Assembly (NCBI GenBank): GCA_016432285.1 | Contig: CP066682.1 | Location: forward strand, 666,274 to 730,273 | DNA: 64,000 bases | Direction: 5' to 3' | From: Candidatus Kaiserbacteria bacterium | GTDB lineage: Bacteria; Patescibacteriota; Minisyncoccia; Phycocordibacterales; UBA2100 | Part shown: in pieces, positions 11,122-19,579 of the stretch | Layout of the letters: the number at the start of each line of letters is the position of its first letter | Numbering within the stretch: the first letter of the stretch is position 1 | Translations under genes and position numbers: made by a program | The notes under the pieces: generated by a model | Seen by the model: the letters and a program-made list of their open reading frames with translations, nothing else | Database searches by the model: none | What the model was told of the DNA's origin: nothing

Positions 11122-12309
11122 ATGTCCAAACAAGTGAAGCCAGATGTTGAGTCGTACGCACGTATCAGAGTAATCGGAGTCGGAGGTTCGGGAGGAAATG
11201 CGGTGAATCACATGGTGGCTTCCCACGTCCAGGGCGTGGATTTTATTTCGATCAACACCGACGCCCAGGATCTCCACAAGTCGAAAGCGAAGCGCAAGAT
11301 CCACATCGGCAAGACGCTCACCCGCGGCCTCGGCGCCGGCATGAACGCCGACGTCGGCAAGCAAGCCGCCGACGAGACGCGCGAAGAGATTCAGGAAGCG
11401 ATTAAAGGTTCCGACATGGTGTTCATCACCTGCGGCATGGGCGGCGGCACGGGCACCGGCGGCGCCCCGATCGTGGCCAAGATCGCGCGCGAGCTCGGCG
11501 CACTCACCGTGGGCGTCGTTACGAAGCCGTTTTCATTTGAAGGCGCGCAGCGCGCGCGGCTTGCCGAACAGGGCATCGCTGATCTGCGCAAGGCCGTCGA
11601 CGCGGTGATCGTAATCCCCAACGACAAACTCCTCACCATCGTCTCGCGCGAAACAGGGATCAAGAATGCCTTCGCGATGTGCGACGACATACTGAAGCAG
11701 GCAGTCGAAGGCATCTCCGACCTCATCACCCAGACCGGCATCATCAACGTCGACTTTGCCGACGTGAAAGCGGTCATGCAAAACGCCGGCTCGGCCCTCA
11801 TGGGCATCGGCACCGCAATCGGCGAGAAGCGCGCAGAGCTCGCCGCGCGGGCAGCTATCAACTCTCCGCTCCTCGAAGTGTCGATCCACGGCGCCAAGGG
11901 CGTGCTCTTCTCGATCGCCGGCGGCGAGGATCTCGGTATGCTCGAGGTGCAGGATGCGGCCAACGTGATCACCGAGGCCATCGATCCGGAAGCCAAGGTT
12001 ATCTTCGGCGCCGTTACCGACTCTTCACTCAAGAAGGGCCAGCTTCGCGTAACGGTGATCGCGACCGGCTTCCCGGAGGCGGGAGCCCGCTCTTCCCTTT
12101 TCAGCACGCAGCGCATCGCCGCCCGCACCAAAGACCAGGACGTCCCGCCCGCTCGCATCATCGAGCGCGAAGAGAAGAAGGCCGAGGAAAAGAACGACAA
12201 AGCAGAGAAGCCGAAAGTGAAAGAGCCCGCGCGCGCTGCAACTCCCGTCAAAGAAGAGGAATCCGAAGACGGCTGGGGTGGACTTCCGTCCTTCCTGCGT
12301 AGAAAATAA
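11122..12309 (+). CDS. ftsZ: cell division protein FtsZ
   Basis: GVGGSGGNAV, GMGGGTGTG tubulin signature, INVDFADV, C-terminal LPSFLRRK peptide. Confidence 0.98.
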   Translation: MSKQVKPDVESYARIRVIGVGGSGGNAVNHMVASHVQGVDFISINTDAQDLHKSKAKRKIHIGKTLTRGLGAGMNADVGKQAADETREEIQEAIKGSDMVFITCGMGGGTGTGGAPIVAKIARELGALTVGVVTKPFSFEGAQRARLAEQGIADLRKAVDAVIVIPNDKLLTIVSRETGIKNAFAMCDDILKQAVEGISDLITQTGIINVDFADVKAVMQNAGSALMGIGTAIGEKRAELAARAAINSPLLEVSIHGAKGVLFSIAGGEDLGMLEVQDAANVITEAIDPEAKVIFGAVTDSSLKKGQLRVTVIATGFPEAGARSSLFSTQRIAARTKDQDVPPARIIEREEKKAEEKNDKAEKPKVKEPARAATPVKEEESEDGWGGLPSFLRRK

Positions 12310-12361
12310 TCTTGAATTCTTCCGCCGCAGGATCATGTATCCTGTGGTATTCTAGGCAACT

Positions 12362-13285
12362 ATGTACGATTTGATTATCGTTGGTGGCGGTCCTGCCGGT
12401 GCGGCAGCGGCCGTGTACGCGGCCCGCAAGCGCCTCAAGAGCGCGATCGTGGTCGAAGAGTGGGGCGGGCAGAGCAACATTTCGCTCGACGTGCAAAACT
12501 GGATCGGCACGCGATCGATTTCGGGTGCCGACCTCGCGAAAAACTTGAAGGCGCATGTCGAAGGTTATAAAGGCGAGAGTCTGGAAATCATCTCCCCGAT
12601 GCGCGCCGTTTCGCTGGCGCCCGCCGATGAGAAAGTGAGTGTCGGACTGAAGGACGGCAGGTCGCTTGAGGCGCGCACGGTACTCGTTACTTCCGGCGCA
12701 CGGCGCCGCAAGCTTGAAGTGCCTGGCGCTGCCGAATACGATCAGAAGGGTCTCACCTACTGCGCCTCGTGCGACGGTCCCCTCTTTGCCGACAAAGACG
12801 TGGCTGTGATCGGCGGAGGCAACGCCGGCTTTGAGACCGCGCTCCAGCTTCTTGCCTACTGCAAGAGCGTTACGCTCCTCAATCGTACCGACACCTTCCG
12901 CGCCGATGAGATCACGATCGCAGCCGTCAAATCGCATCCCAATATGAAAATACTCACCAACGCGGAACCGACCGAGGTGCTCGGCGACAAGTTTGTTACC
13001 GGATTGAAATGGAAGAACACGGCGACCGGAGAAATTGCAACGCTCCCCGTGGAGGGCATCTTTGTGGAGATCGGACTTCTGCCGAATACCGAATGGATCA
13101 ACGGCGCTCTCGAGCTCAATGCGATCCACCAGATCAAGGCCGATCCCGCAACACAGCGCACTTCGCACCCGCGCGTGTGGGCCGCGGGCGACGTCACCGA
13201 CGGCCACTACCACCAAAACAACATCGCCGCAGGTGATGCGGTGAAAGCGCTCGAGGACATCTACATGGAGCTGCGTAAAAATTAG
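12362..13285 (+). CDS. trxB: thioredoxin-disulfide reductase (TrxB / AhpF C-terminal-like)
   Basis: GGGPAG, YCASCDG redox motif, VIGGGNAG, AAGDVT. Confidence 0.9.
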   Translation: MYDLIIVGGGPAGAAAAVYAARKRLKSAIVVEEWGGQSNISLDVQNWIGTRSISGADLAKNLKAHVEGYKGESLEIISPMRAVSLAPADEKVSVGLKDGRSLEARTVLVTSGARRRKLEVPGAAEYDQKGLTYCASCDGPLFADKDVAVIGGGNAGFETALQLLAYCKSVTLLNRTDTFRADEITIAAVKSHPNMKILTNAEPTEVLGDKFVTGLKWKNTATGEIATLPVEGIFVEIGLLPNTEWINGALELNAIHQIKADPATQRTSHPRVWAAGDVTDGHYHQNNIAAGDAVKALEDIYMELRKN

Positions 13286-13297
13286 GAGCTCCGCACG

Positions 13298-13318
13298 TAT
13301 GGACATCCCTTGTCCATA
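13298..13318. repeat. short palindromic repeat, copy 1 (TATGGACA-N5-TGTCCATA)
   Basis: TATGGACATCCCTTGTCCATA; related copies at 27200, 36060 and 49248. Confidence 0.7.
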
Positions 13319-13330
13319 TTTTCTTCATCT

Positions 13331-14302
13331 TTAGTGGCGGAAGTGGCGGACGCCGGTGAAGACCATAGCCATACCGTGCTCGTTGGCGGCGTCGATTGAA
13401 TCTTGATCCTTCACGGAGCCGCCGGGCTGGATGATCGCCGTGACGCCCGCTTCGTGGGCGGCGTCGACCGAATCGCGAAACGGAAAGAATGCGTCGGATG
13501 CCATCACCGATCCCTTGAGCGAGAGGTTGGCATCGGCTGCCTTGATCGCGGCGATCTTTGCGGAGTACACGCGGCTCATCTGCCCCGCGCCCACGCCGAC
13601 CGTTTGGCCCTTCTTGGCATACACGATTGCATTGGATTTGACATGCTTCACGAGGGTGAAGGCGAAGATGAGATCGGCGAGCTCCTCCGGCGTCGGCTCG
13701 CGCTTCGTGACGGTTTTCGTTTGCTCGAATGTCGTACCATCGGCGCTCTGTACGAGAAAGCCGCCGGCGATGGTCCGCGCCGTAAGCCGCTTCTTCCGCG
13801 GATCCGGCATGGAGCCCGTGAGTACCACGCGCACGTTGGGCTTGGAGGCAAGAATCGCGAGCGCCTCGTCTTCGGCCGAAGGCGCGATCACGACTTCGAG
13901 GAAGATCTTTACGAGCTCCGAGGCGAGGGCTGCCGTGAGCTTCGAGTTGGCGGCTACGATGCCGCCGAAGGCTGAGACCGGGTCGCACGCGAGCGCTTTG
14001 AGGTAGGCGTCGTACAAATTCTCCCCGAGCGCGACACCGCAAGGATTGGTGTGCTTCACGATCACGATCGCGGGCTCGTCGAACTCAGCCACGCACTCAA
14101 AGGCCGCATCGGCATCGAGGAGGTTGTTGTAGGAAAGCTCCTTGCCTTGGATTTTCTTGCCCGTAGCGATGCCGGGCCGATCCGGATCAAGCGGATTTTT
14201 GTAGAGCGCCGCGCTCTGGTGGGGGTTCTCTCCGTAGCGGAGGATCTCGGATCTCTCAAGCTCCACATGGAGCTCTTCCGGCAGCTCTTCGTGATCCGTC
14301 AT
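13331..14302 (-). CDS. purH: AICAR transformylase domain of PurH only (no IMP cyclohydrolase domain)
   Basis: [62 protein letters not shown]; the N-terminal MGS-like domain is absent. Confidence 0.9.
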   Translation of the reverse strand: MTDHEELPEELHVELERSEILRYGENPHQSAALYKNPLDPDRPGIATGKKIQGKELSYNNLLDADAAFECVAEFDEPAIVIVKHTNPCGVALGENLYDAYLKALACDPVSAFGGIVAANSKLTAALASELVKIFLEVVIAPSAEDEALAILASKPNVRVVLTGSMPDPRKKRLTARTIAGGFLVQSADGTTFEQTKTVTKREPTPEELADLIFAFTLVKHVKSNAIVYAKKGQTVGVGAGQMSRVYSAKIAAIKAADANLSLKGSVMASDAFFPFRDSVDAAHEAGVTAIIQPGGSVKDQDSIDAANEHGMAMVFTGVRHFRH

Positions 14303-14541
14303 CGCCGCATTTTACTGTATTTTAAAGCGTAAGCGAGTGGGGCGTGGCGTCAATGAGGGTCTTCGCGCAGGCGCGTAGGCGCCGAGCGGGTGAGGCGCGA
14401 ATACCTGGAGCGCCGCAAGACCTTTTGTGACATTTTCGTGCGTAGCGAAGAAAATGTCCAAAAGGTGTACCGCTCCCGTAGGGAGCGCACAGCGAGCACG
14501 CTGCGACGCGACCCGAACGATGCCATGCCTCCGAGCGAGTT

Positions 14542-15021
14542 CTATTCTGTTACGACCACGGTGCCCGTGATCGACGGATTCGAGTGATTGTGGTACCTCC
14601 ACGTCCCCATCTGGTTGAAGGTGAAATCCCACAGCTCGCCCGGGATCAGGCCGCGGCACGCGTCGAAAGCGCTGCCAAGGCAGTCGGAAGCGGTTTTCTC
14701 GGGATACACGCTGTGCGTGGGGTGCACCGCGGAAGCGGGCCAGACGTTTTTATCAGACGTATTGTTCCAGCGCACGGTTTCGCCTTTCTTGATCGTTACC
14801 GTTGAGGGAGTGAACGCGGTACCGTCGAATGCGACCGAGGCCGCGAAATTATCTTCCGATCCGGCGCCCGGCTCATCGCCAGTTGTCGAGCCTATGGTGC
14901 CCGTGCTGGTGCCGGTCGTCGTACCGGTGGTGTCGGCAGGAGTCTGCGTGCTCTGCCACCAGAGATACCCACCGCCAAGTACGACCACGATCACGATTGC
15001 CCACAAAAGATTTCGTTGCAT
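14542..15021 (-). CDS. membrane-anchored cupredoxin-fold protein
   Basis: N-terminal TM, Thr/Gly linker, FTPSTVTIKKGETVRW, WPASAVHPTH, GTWRYHNH. Confidence 0.8.
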   Translation of the reverse strand: MQRNLLWAIVIVVVLGGGYLWWQSTQTPADTTGTTTGTSTGTIGSTTGDEPGAGSEDNFAASVAFDGTAFTPSTVTIKKGETVRWNNTSDKNVWPASAVHPTHSVYPEKTASDCLGSAFDACRGLIPGELWDFTFNQMGTWRYHNHSNPSITGTVVVTE

Positions 15022-15083
15022 AAAAAAATAGCTACCGAATAACGCGCGTCAGTATATCACGCAGCCCGGAGATCGAATGAAGT

Positions 15084-15713
15084 TTATTTCCCCTGCTTCG
15101 AGAGGAAAGCCGCCCCGTGCCCCACGTCGGTGTTGACCGGGATGCCGCCTTTGCACAAATCGCATTCCTCCGCGGGCCAGGAGTCGAGGTCCAGGTGCAC
15201 GAGCGTCTCGAAGCGGGGTGGATTCCCCACGGCCTGTTTGCTCACCTCGCCGCGGTTGCAGAGCACCACCACGCCCACCACGTGCGCTCCCGCGGCCTGC
15301 GCCGCCTCCACCACCTTCCTCACGGACCCGCCGGTCGTCGTGAGATCTTCCACCACGAGCACTTTTTTGCCCGCGATCAGTTTGTCGTAGCCACGCTTGA
15401 TGATGAAGCCGCCCTGTCCGTCTTTGTCGGCGTACACGCTGAAAACGTCGCGGCCCTCGATTTCGCCCATGTGGTAGGCGGTCCACTGCGAGAGGATCGC
15501 GGCGCCAATGGCGGGTCCGATCACAGCCTCGACGCCCTCGCCCTTGAAGCGCTCGGCCATCTCTCTGCACACCTGCGAGGTCTCACGCGGGTACGCGTAC
15601 ATCGCGTCTTTCAGAATGTACGAATCGCTGTGCCGGCCGGAGGTGAAGACGAAGTGCCCGGCGCGGAACGCGCCGACTTTTTGGAGGAGGTCGAGTACTT
15701 CGGCTTCGGTCAT
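15084..15713 (-). CDS. pyrE: orotate phosphoribosyltransferase
   Basis: GHFVFTSGRHS, VLVVEDLTTTGGS PRPP motif, C-terminal CxxC; next to pyrF. Confidence 0.88.
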   Translation of the reverse strand: MTEAEVLDLLQKVGAFRAGHFVFTSGRHSDSYILKDAMYAYPRETSQVCREMAERFKGEGVEAVIGPAIGAAILSQWTAYHMGEIEGRDVFSVYADKDGQGGFIIKRGYDKLIAGKKVLVVEDLTTTGGSVRKVVEAAQAAGAHVVGVVVLCNRGEVSKQAVGNPPRFETLVHLDLDSWPAEECDLCKGGIPVNTDVGHGAAFLSKQGK

Positions 15714-15723
15714 GGTGGGGAGA

Positions 15724-16554
15724 TTATACCGCTTTCGTTATCGCGTCGTGAAGCTCTTGTGCCCGCGCACGGGCCGCGTCGGCAAAATCCTTTTCGCGCG
15801 AGGCAAAGATGATCGTGCGTGAGGCGTTGACCATGAGCCCCTTCTTGCGACTATCGAGCCCGTACTTCACGGTCTTTTCCAGGTCGCCGTTCTGCGCGCC
15901 CACGCCCGCCACGAGGATGGGCATGTCGCCCACGATCGCGCGCACCTCCTTGAGCTGTTGGGGGTACGTGGCACCCACCATGACGCAGCAGTTCTCATTG
16001 CCGTTCCACTCGTGCGAGACGAGATGCGCGATCTTTTGATAGAGCGGCTGGCCTTCCACGATAAGCTCCTGCACCTCCGCCGCGCCCGGATTCGAGGTGT
16101 GGGAGAGCACGATCACGCCCTTGTCGACGTACTCGAAAAACGGTAGCAGCGATTCCTTGCCGAGGTACGGGTGTACCGTGATCGCGTCGGCGCGCAGGTA
16201 TTCAAAAGCGGAGAGCGCGTACTGCACGTTGGTGTTGCCGATGTCGCCGCGCTTGGCGTCGAGAATCACCGGAATCTCCGGGTTGATCTCGATGATGTAC
16301 GCCATCGTCTCCCGCAGGGCTGCCATTCCTTGGTCGCCGTGAGATTCGTAGAAAGCGATGTTGGGCTTGTAGGAGCACACGAGGTCCTTGGTGGCGTCGA
16401 TGATCGCCCGGTTGAAGGCGACGATGGTGCGCTCGATGGTCGAGCCGCGGATCGATTCGGGGAGTTTGGTGGCGTCGACGTCGAGCCCGATGCAGAGAAA
16501 CTTGCCTTCGGCCCAGCGGGCTTCGAGCATCTGTCGGAAATTCCGAGCAATCAT
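15724..16554 (-). CDS. pyrF: orotidine-5'-phosphate decarboxylase
   Basis: LCIGLD, YKPNIAFYE, ILDAKRGDIGNT, TVHPYLG, TSNPGA, VGATYP, NASR; start taken at MIARNF (TAGGAT-N8-ATG). Confidence 0.95.
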   Translation of the reverse strand: MIARNFRQMLEARWAEGKFLCIGLDVDATKLPESIRGSTIERTIVAFNRAIIDATKDLVCSYKPNIAFYESHGDQGMAALRETMAYIIEINPEIPVILDAKRGDIGNTNVQYALSAFEYLRADAITVHPYLGKESLLPFFEYVDKGVIVLSHTSNPGAAEVQELIVEGQPLYQKIAHLVSHEWNGNENCCVMVGATYPQQLKEVRAIVGDMPILVAGVGAQNGDLEKTVKYGLDSRKKGLMVNASRTIIFASREKDFADAARARAQELHDAITKAV

Positions 16555-16628
16555 TAGGCACCATCCTATCAGAAAAATGAACGCGGCGGAATCGAGAGAT
16601 TCCGCCGCGCAGCCTCGGTCGCGGTGCT

Positions 16629-16790
16629 TCAAGAGCGAACACCGAAGTGGGACATGGGCGTGCCACCGTTGCGGCAGCAGATGACGGTCTGCCCGATCCT
16701 CAGGAAGCCATCCTTGTCCCGCCGGTAATGCTGCTTCCGGCGGCTGGAACGGGGCTTGCGGACCGGGGTCTTTTTGGTGCGCTGAGTCAT
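16629..16790 (-). CDS. hypothetical 53-aa basic small protein
   Basis: GGAGAG SD; MTQRTKKTPVRKPRSSRRKQHYRR...; followed by terminator hairpin CGCGGCGGAATC/GATTCCGCCGCG (about 16575-16609). Confidence 0.5.
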   Translation of the reverse strand: MTQRTKKTPVRKPRSSRRKQHYRRDKDGFLRIGQTVICCRNGGTPMSHFGVRS

Positions 16791-16886
16791 ATTGCTCTCC
16801 CTTGGAGACACTGTGGTTGCATAGACCTCTATACAACCTGATGTCTCCAAAAGATGAGGGTCGGCGAATCCGCAAAGATTCGCCGA

Positions 16887-17087
16887 CTACTCGCGTGACC
16901 AAATCGGGATAAACACATCCCACCCGAGGATGACTGTCGTCTCCTCGAGACCTTGCGCGGCAAGCACCTGTAGGCCCACTTTTTTGCATTCATCGTCGCA
17001 AAAGAAGTGCGGTCTGCGAGTGCCTCCGCTTTTCGGCCGCACCCATGTCGTGCTTTCGGCCTGCCAGTTGCAAATTTCGCAGTGCAT
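16887..17087 (-). CDS. 66-aa putative zinc-finger protein (CxxC...FCxxxC, TRASH/FCS-like)
   Basis: MHCEIC...HFFCDDECK; GAGAGG SD; stop followed by hairpin GTCGGCGAATC/GATTCGCCGAC. Confidence 0.6.
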   Translation of the reverse strand: MHCEICNWQAESTTWVRPKSGGTRRPHFFCDDECKKVGLQVLAAQGLEETTVILGWDVFIPIWSRE

Positions 17088-17111
17088 CGTTTTCCCTCTC
17101 AAAGATCAGAA

Positions 17112-17147
17112 AGATCAAACAAAAGCCCTCCTTGCGGAGGGCTTTTG
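17112..17147 (-). terminator. attenuator terminator (3:4 hairpin)
   Basis: Minus strand CAAAAGCCCTCC-GCAA-GGAGGGCTTTTG-TTTG. Confidence 0.8.
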
Positions 17148-17164
17148 TCTGAGTGTCTCGGGAG

Positions 17165-17233
17165 CTAGGCAGTCAGGCAAAAGACCTCCGCGCGGGAGGA
17201 CATCATCGCCATCATCATCGCCTTCGAATACAT
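17165..17233 (-). CDS. Met-rich leader peptide MYSKAMMMAMMSSRAEVFCLTA
   Basis: Leaderless ORF behind TTGACG-N16-TACACT-N6-ATG; five internal ATG codons within six codons; mutually exclusive hairpins downstream. Confidence 0.7.
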   Translation of the reverse strand: MYSKAMMMAMMSSRAEVFCLTA

Positions 17234-17263
17234 ACCGGAAGTGTAATCGGCCGGGCTGTTTCG

Positions 17264-17788
17264 TCAAGCGTGCGCCGCCTCTTCCATATCCAAAAAACCA
17301 AAGATTTTTTTGAGCGTGGCTTCCGCATCTTCGCCGATGTCAACCACGTGGTGAGCGTACTTCTCGTAGAGCACAGCACGCTTGTCGTACAGTTCGCGGA
17401 AAGATTGGCCCTTGATGCCGATGATCCGGCCCATACGCTCGGGAGAGTCGCCGATCCGCTTTTGGATCGTTTCGAAGGGCACGCGCAGGTATACGATGCG
17501 GGAGATCTTCCCGAGATGATCCATCGCCTCCGGCTCATACACGCTGCTGCCGCCCGGAGAGAAAACGTGCGCGTCTCTGCCGTTCGTCGCTTCGATGATC
17601 GCTTTGCCCTCGACGTCGATAAATCGTTCATCGCCGAGCTCTTCGACTATTTTCTCGAGCTCTTTGCCATACTGGTTTTCGAGATACGTATCAATGTCGA
17701 GAAACTCATAACCGAGCCGCTCCGCAAGCCGCCTCCCCACGTGGCTTTTACCGGCGCCCGCCATGCCGATCAGGGTGAGGTTGGCCAT
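17264..17788 (-). CDS. aroK: shikimate kinase family protein
   Basis: LIGMAGAGKS P-loop, DID, F..E, SPGGS, LY.KR..LY. Confidence 0.85.
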   Translation of the reverse strand: MANLTLIGMAGAGKSHVGRRLAERLGYEFLDIDTYLENQYGKELEKIVEELGDERFIDVEGKAIIEATNGRDAHVFSPGGSSVYEPEAMDHLGKISRIVYLRVPFETIQKRIGDSPERMGRIIGIKGQSFRELYDKRAVLYEKYAHHVVDIGEDAEATLKKIFGFLDMEEAAHA

Positions 17789-17790
17789 AT

Positions 17791-18381
17791 TCAGGAGAGC
17801 GTACCCAATTGCCTCCGACGAATCAAGAGAAAGGCGACCAGCGCCGCGTTCTGCACCACGACGGCAAGCGGAAAGAGCACCGTAACGAGGGTCTGCGACT
17901 CCAGTGCCACAATGCTGAGCGCAAATCGCACCACATCGATCGCCCAGATGCTCACCGATTCCTCGTGAGGTTTTCGGTATGATTTGCGGAAGGTGGGCGC
18001 CACGGCAAAGGTTCCGGTGATGACGAAGAAGACGACTGCGGAGAGCGGATCGTCCGCAAGAAGCCAGAGTGTGATCCCAAGCGATGCGCCCCCAAGACAG
18101 ATCCAGTCGATGATACGAATATTCCGCTCACCATACCGCAGCGCCGAGATCGCGACGAGCGTGTTCATCACCGCCGCAACGCCGAGAATCCACGATCCCG
18201 GCCCTCCGCCGTCGCCCACCTGTATCCAAAAGACCACGCCGTCGACGACCCCGAAGATCAGCCACGTAAAAAGGTGCGGCTTTGTGTCCCCCCTGAAAAT
18301 GCTGCGGAAATAGGTGGCGTAGGCGACAAGAGCAAGCCCCGCCGAGAGCGCGCCGAGCAGCACATGGTAGTCGTAGCTCAT
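17791..18381 (-). CDS. integral membrane protein (PQ-loop-like), paralog 1
   Basis: About 6-7 TM; YFRSIFRGDTKPHLFTW and PTFRKSYRKPHEE repeat motifs. Confidence 0.8.
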   Translation of the reverse strand: MSYDYHVLLGALSAGLALVAYATYFRSIFRGDTKPHLFTWLIFGVVDGVVFWIQVGDGGGPGSWILGVAAVMNTLVAISALRYGERNIRIIDWICLGGASLGITLWLLADDPLSAVVFFVITGTFAVAPTFRKSYRKPHEESVSIWAIDVVRFALSIVALESQTLVTVLFPLAVVVQNAALVAFLLIRRRQLGTLS

Positions 18382-18959
18382 GCCGAAACTTGCCGGCGGC
18401 GGATCAGCACGACCCCCACGAAGAGCACGTTAAGAACGATCACCGAGGCCGGGAATAAAACCGTCGTGAAGTTGAAGATTGCGAGCGCGGGTATCGCAAG
18501 CGCGTACTTCACCACTCCCCATACGAAGAGACTCAGTGTTTCGCTGCGCGGCTTTTCGTAGGCCTTACGCACGGTAGGCGCGAACGCGAGAGCGTCGACG
18601 ACGGTTACGATGAGGACCGCGGCGAGAGGATTTTTCGTGAGGGCCCATACAAGGATGCCCGCGAGCGCGCCGACAAAGCACGCCCAATCGATTTTCGTGA
18701 TGCCTCTCTCGCCCCGCCGGAGTGCGAGCAGCACAACAGCAAAATTCGCGACCATCGTGGCACCCGTTGCCCACGCGCCAAGACCTCCACCGGCCGTTAC
18801 TTGCGCAAAAAAGGTTATGCCGGTTATGAGTGTCCAAACGAACCACGAAAAGGGATGCGGCTTCGTCGTCCCGGCAAAAATGTCTCTGAAATACGGGACG
18901 TAGCTCGCAAGGCCGATGATCACCGAAAGCCATCCGAGGACGATCTGGTAATCAGCCAT
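18378..18959 (-). CDS. integral membrane protein (PQ-loop-like), paralog 2
   Basis: PYFRDIFAGTTKPHPFSW and PTVRKAYEKPRSE; tandem paralog of the adjacent gene. Confidence 0.8.
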   Translation of the reverse strand: MADYQIVLGWLSVIIGLASYVPYFRDIFAGTTKPHPFSWFVWTLITGITFFAQVTAGGGLGAWATGATMVANFAVVLLALRRGERGITKIDWACFVGALAGILVWALTKNPLAAVLIVTVVDALAFAPTVRKAYEKPRSETLSLFVWGVVKYALAIPALAIFNFTTVLFPASVIVLNVLFVGVVLIRRRQVSA

Positions 18960-19006
18960 CCGCACACTCTAGCATCCGTGCGGACGCGCGATGATAAAAT
19001 GCGGCG

Positions 19007-19579
19007 ATGAGAAAGCGCACGCCGCGAGCGAACAATCACCTCTTGCAGGATCTTGGCTTGGTCGCCTTGAGCGTGCTCGTGGCTCTCCTTCTCGCACGCA
19101 CGAGCACACTCGCCGATCTCGTGGCCTCGTGGGGACAGTACGAATTTTTCGGCATCCTTGCGGTTGGGATGTTTTTCACTTCGATATTCACGACCGCCCC
19201 CGCGATCGCGACACTCGGGGAGATTTCGCTGGAGCAGCCGATCCTGCTCGTCGCCTTTTTTGGCGCGATGGGGTCAGTCTTGGGAGACCTCCTGATTTTT
19301 CGTTTCGTCAGAGACAGGTTTTCGGTCGATGTGATGGAAATCGTACGGGAAAGTAAGGGCCTCCGGCGCCTTCGCAAAATCTTTCACTTCAAGCACTTCC
19401 GCTGGTTTACCTTCTTCCTCGGCGCGCTCGTGATCGCCTCGCCCTTGCCGGACGAGCTTGGCATCGCGCTCCTCGGGCTCTCGCGCGCGAGCATGCGATG
19501 GTTTGTAGCCGTCTCCTTCGGTTTCAACTTCCTCGGGATCTACCTGATCGGCATGGCCGCTCGCGCGCTCGCGAGCTGA
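19007..19579 (+). CDS. membrane protein (DedA/VTT-like)
   Basis: FTSIFTTAPA, GSVLGDLLIF, IASPLPDELG; several TMs. Confidence 0.7.
   Translation: MRKRTPRANNHLLQDLGLVALSVLVALLLARTSTLADLVASWGQYEFFGILAVGMFFTSIFTTAPAIATLGEISLEQPILLVAFFGAMGSVLGDLLIFRFVRDRFSVDVMEIVRESKGLRRLRKIFHFKHFRWFTFFLGALVIASPLPDELGIALLGLSRASMRWFVAVSFGFNFLGIYLIGMAARALAS

Noticed and set aside
14303-14540. ZTP riboswitch upstream of purH
   Set aside because: Consensus elements not found by eye, and purH has a -10 box 6 nt before its ATG, leaving no room for a leader
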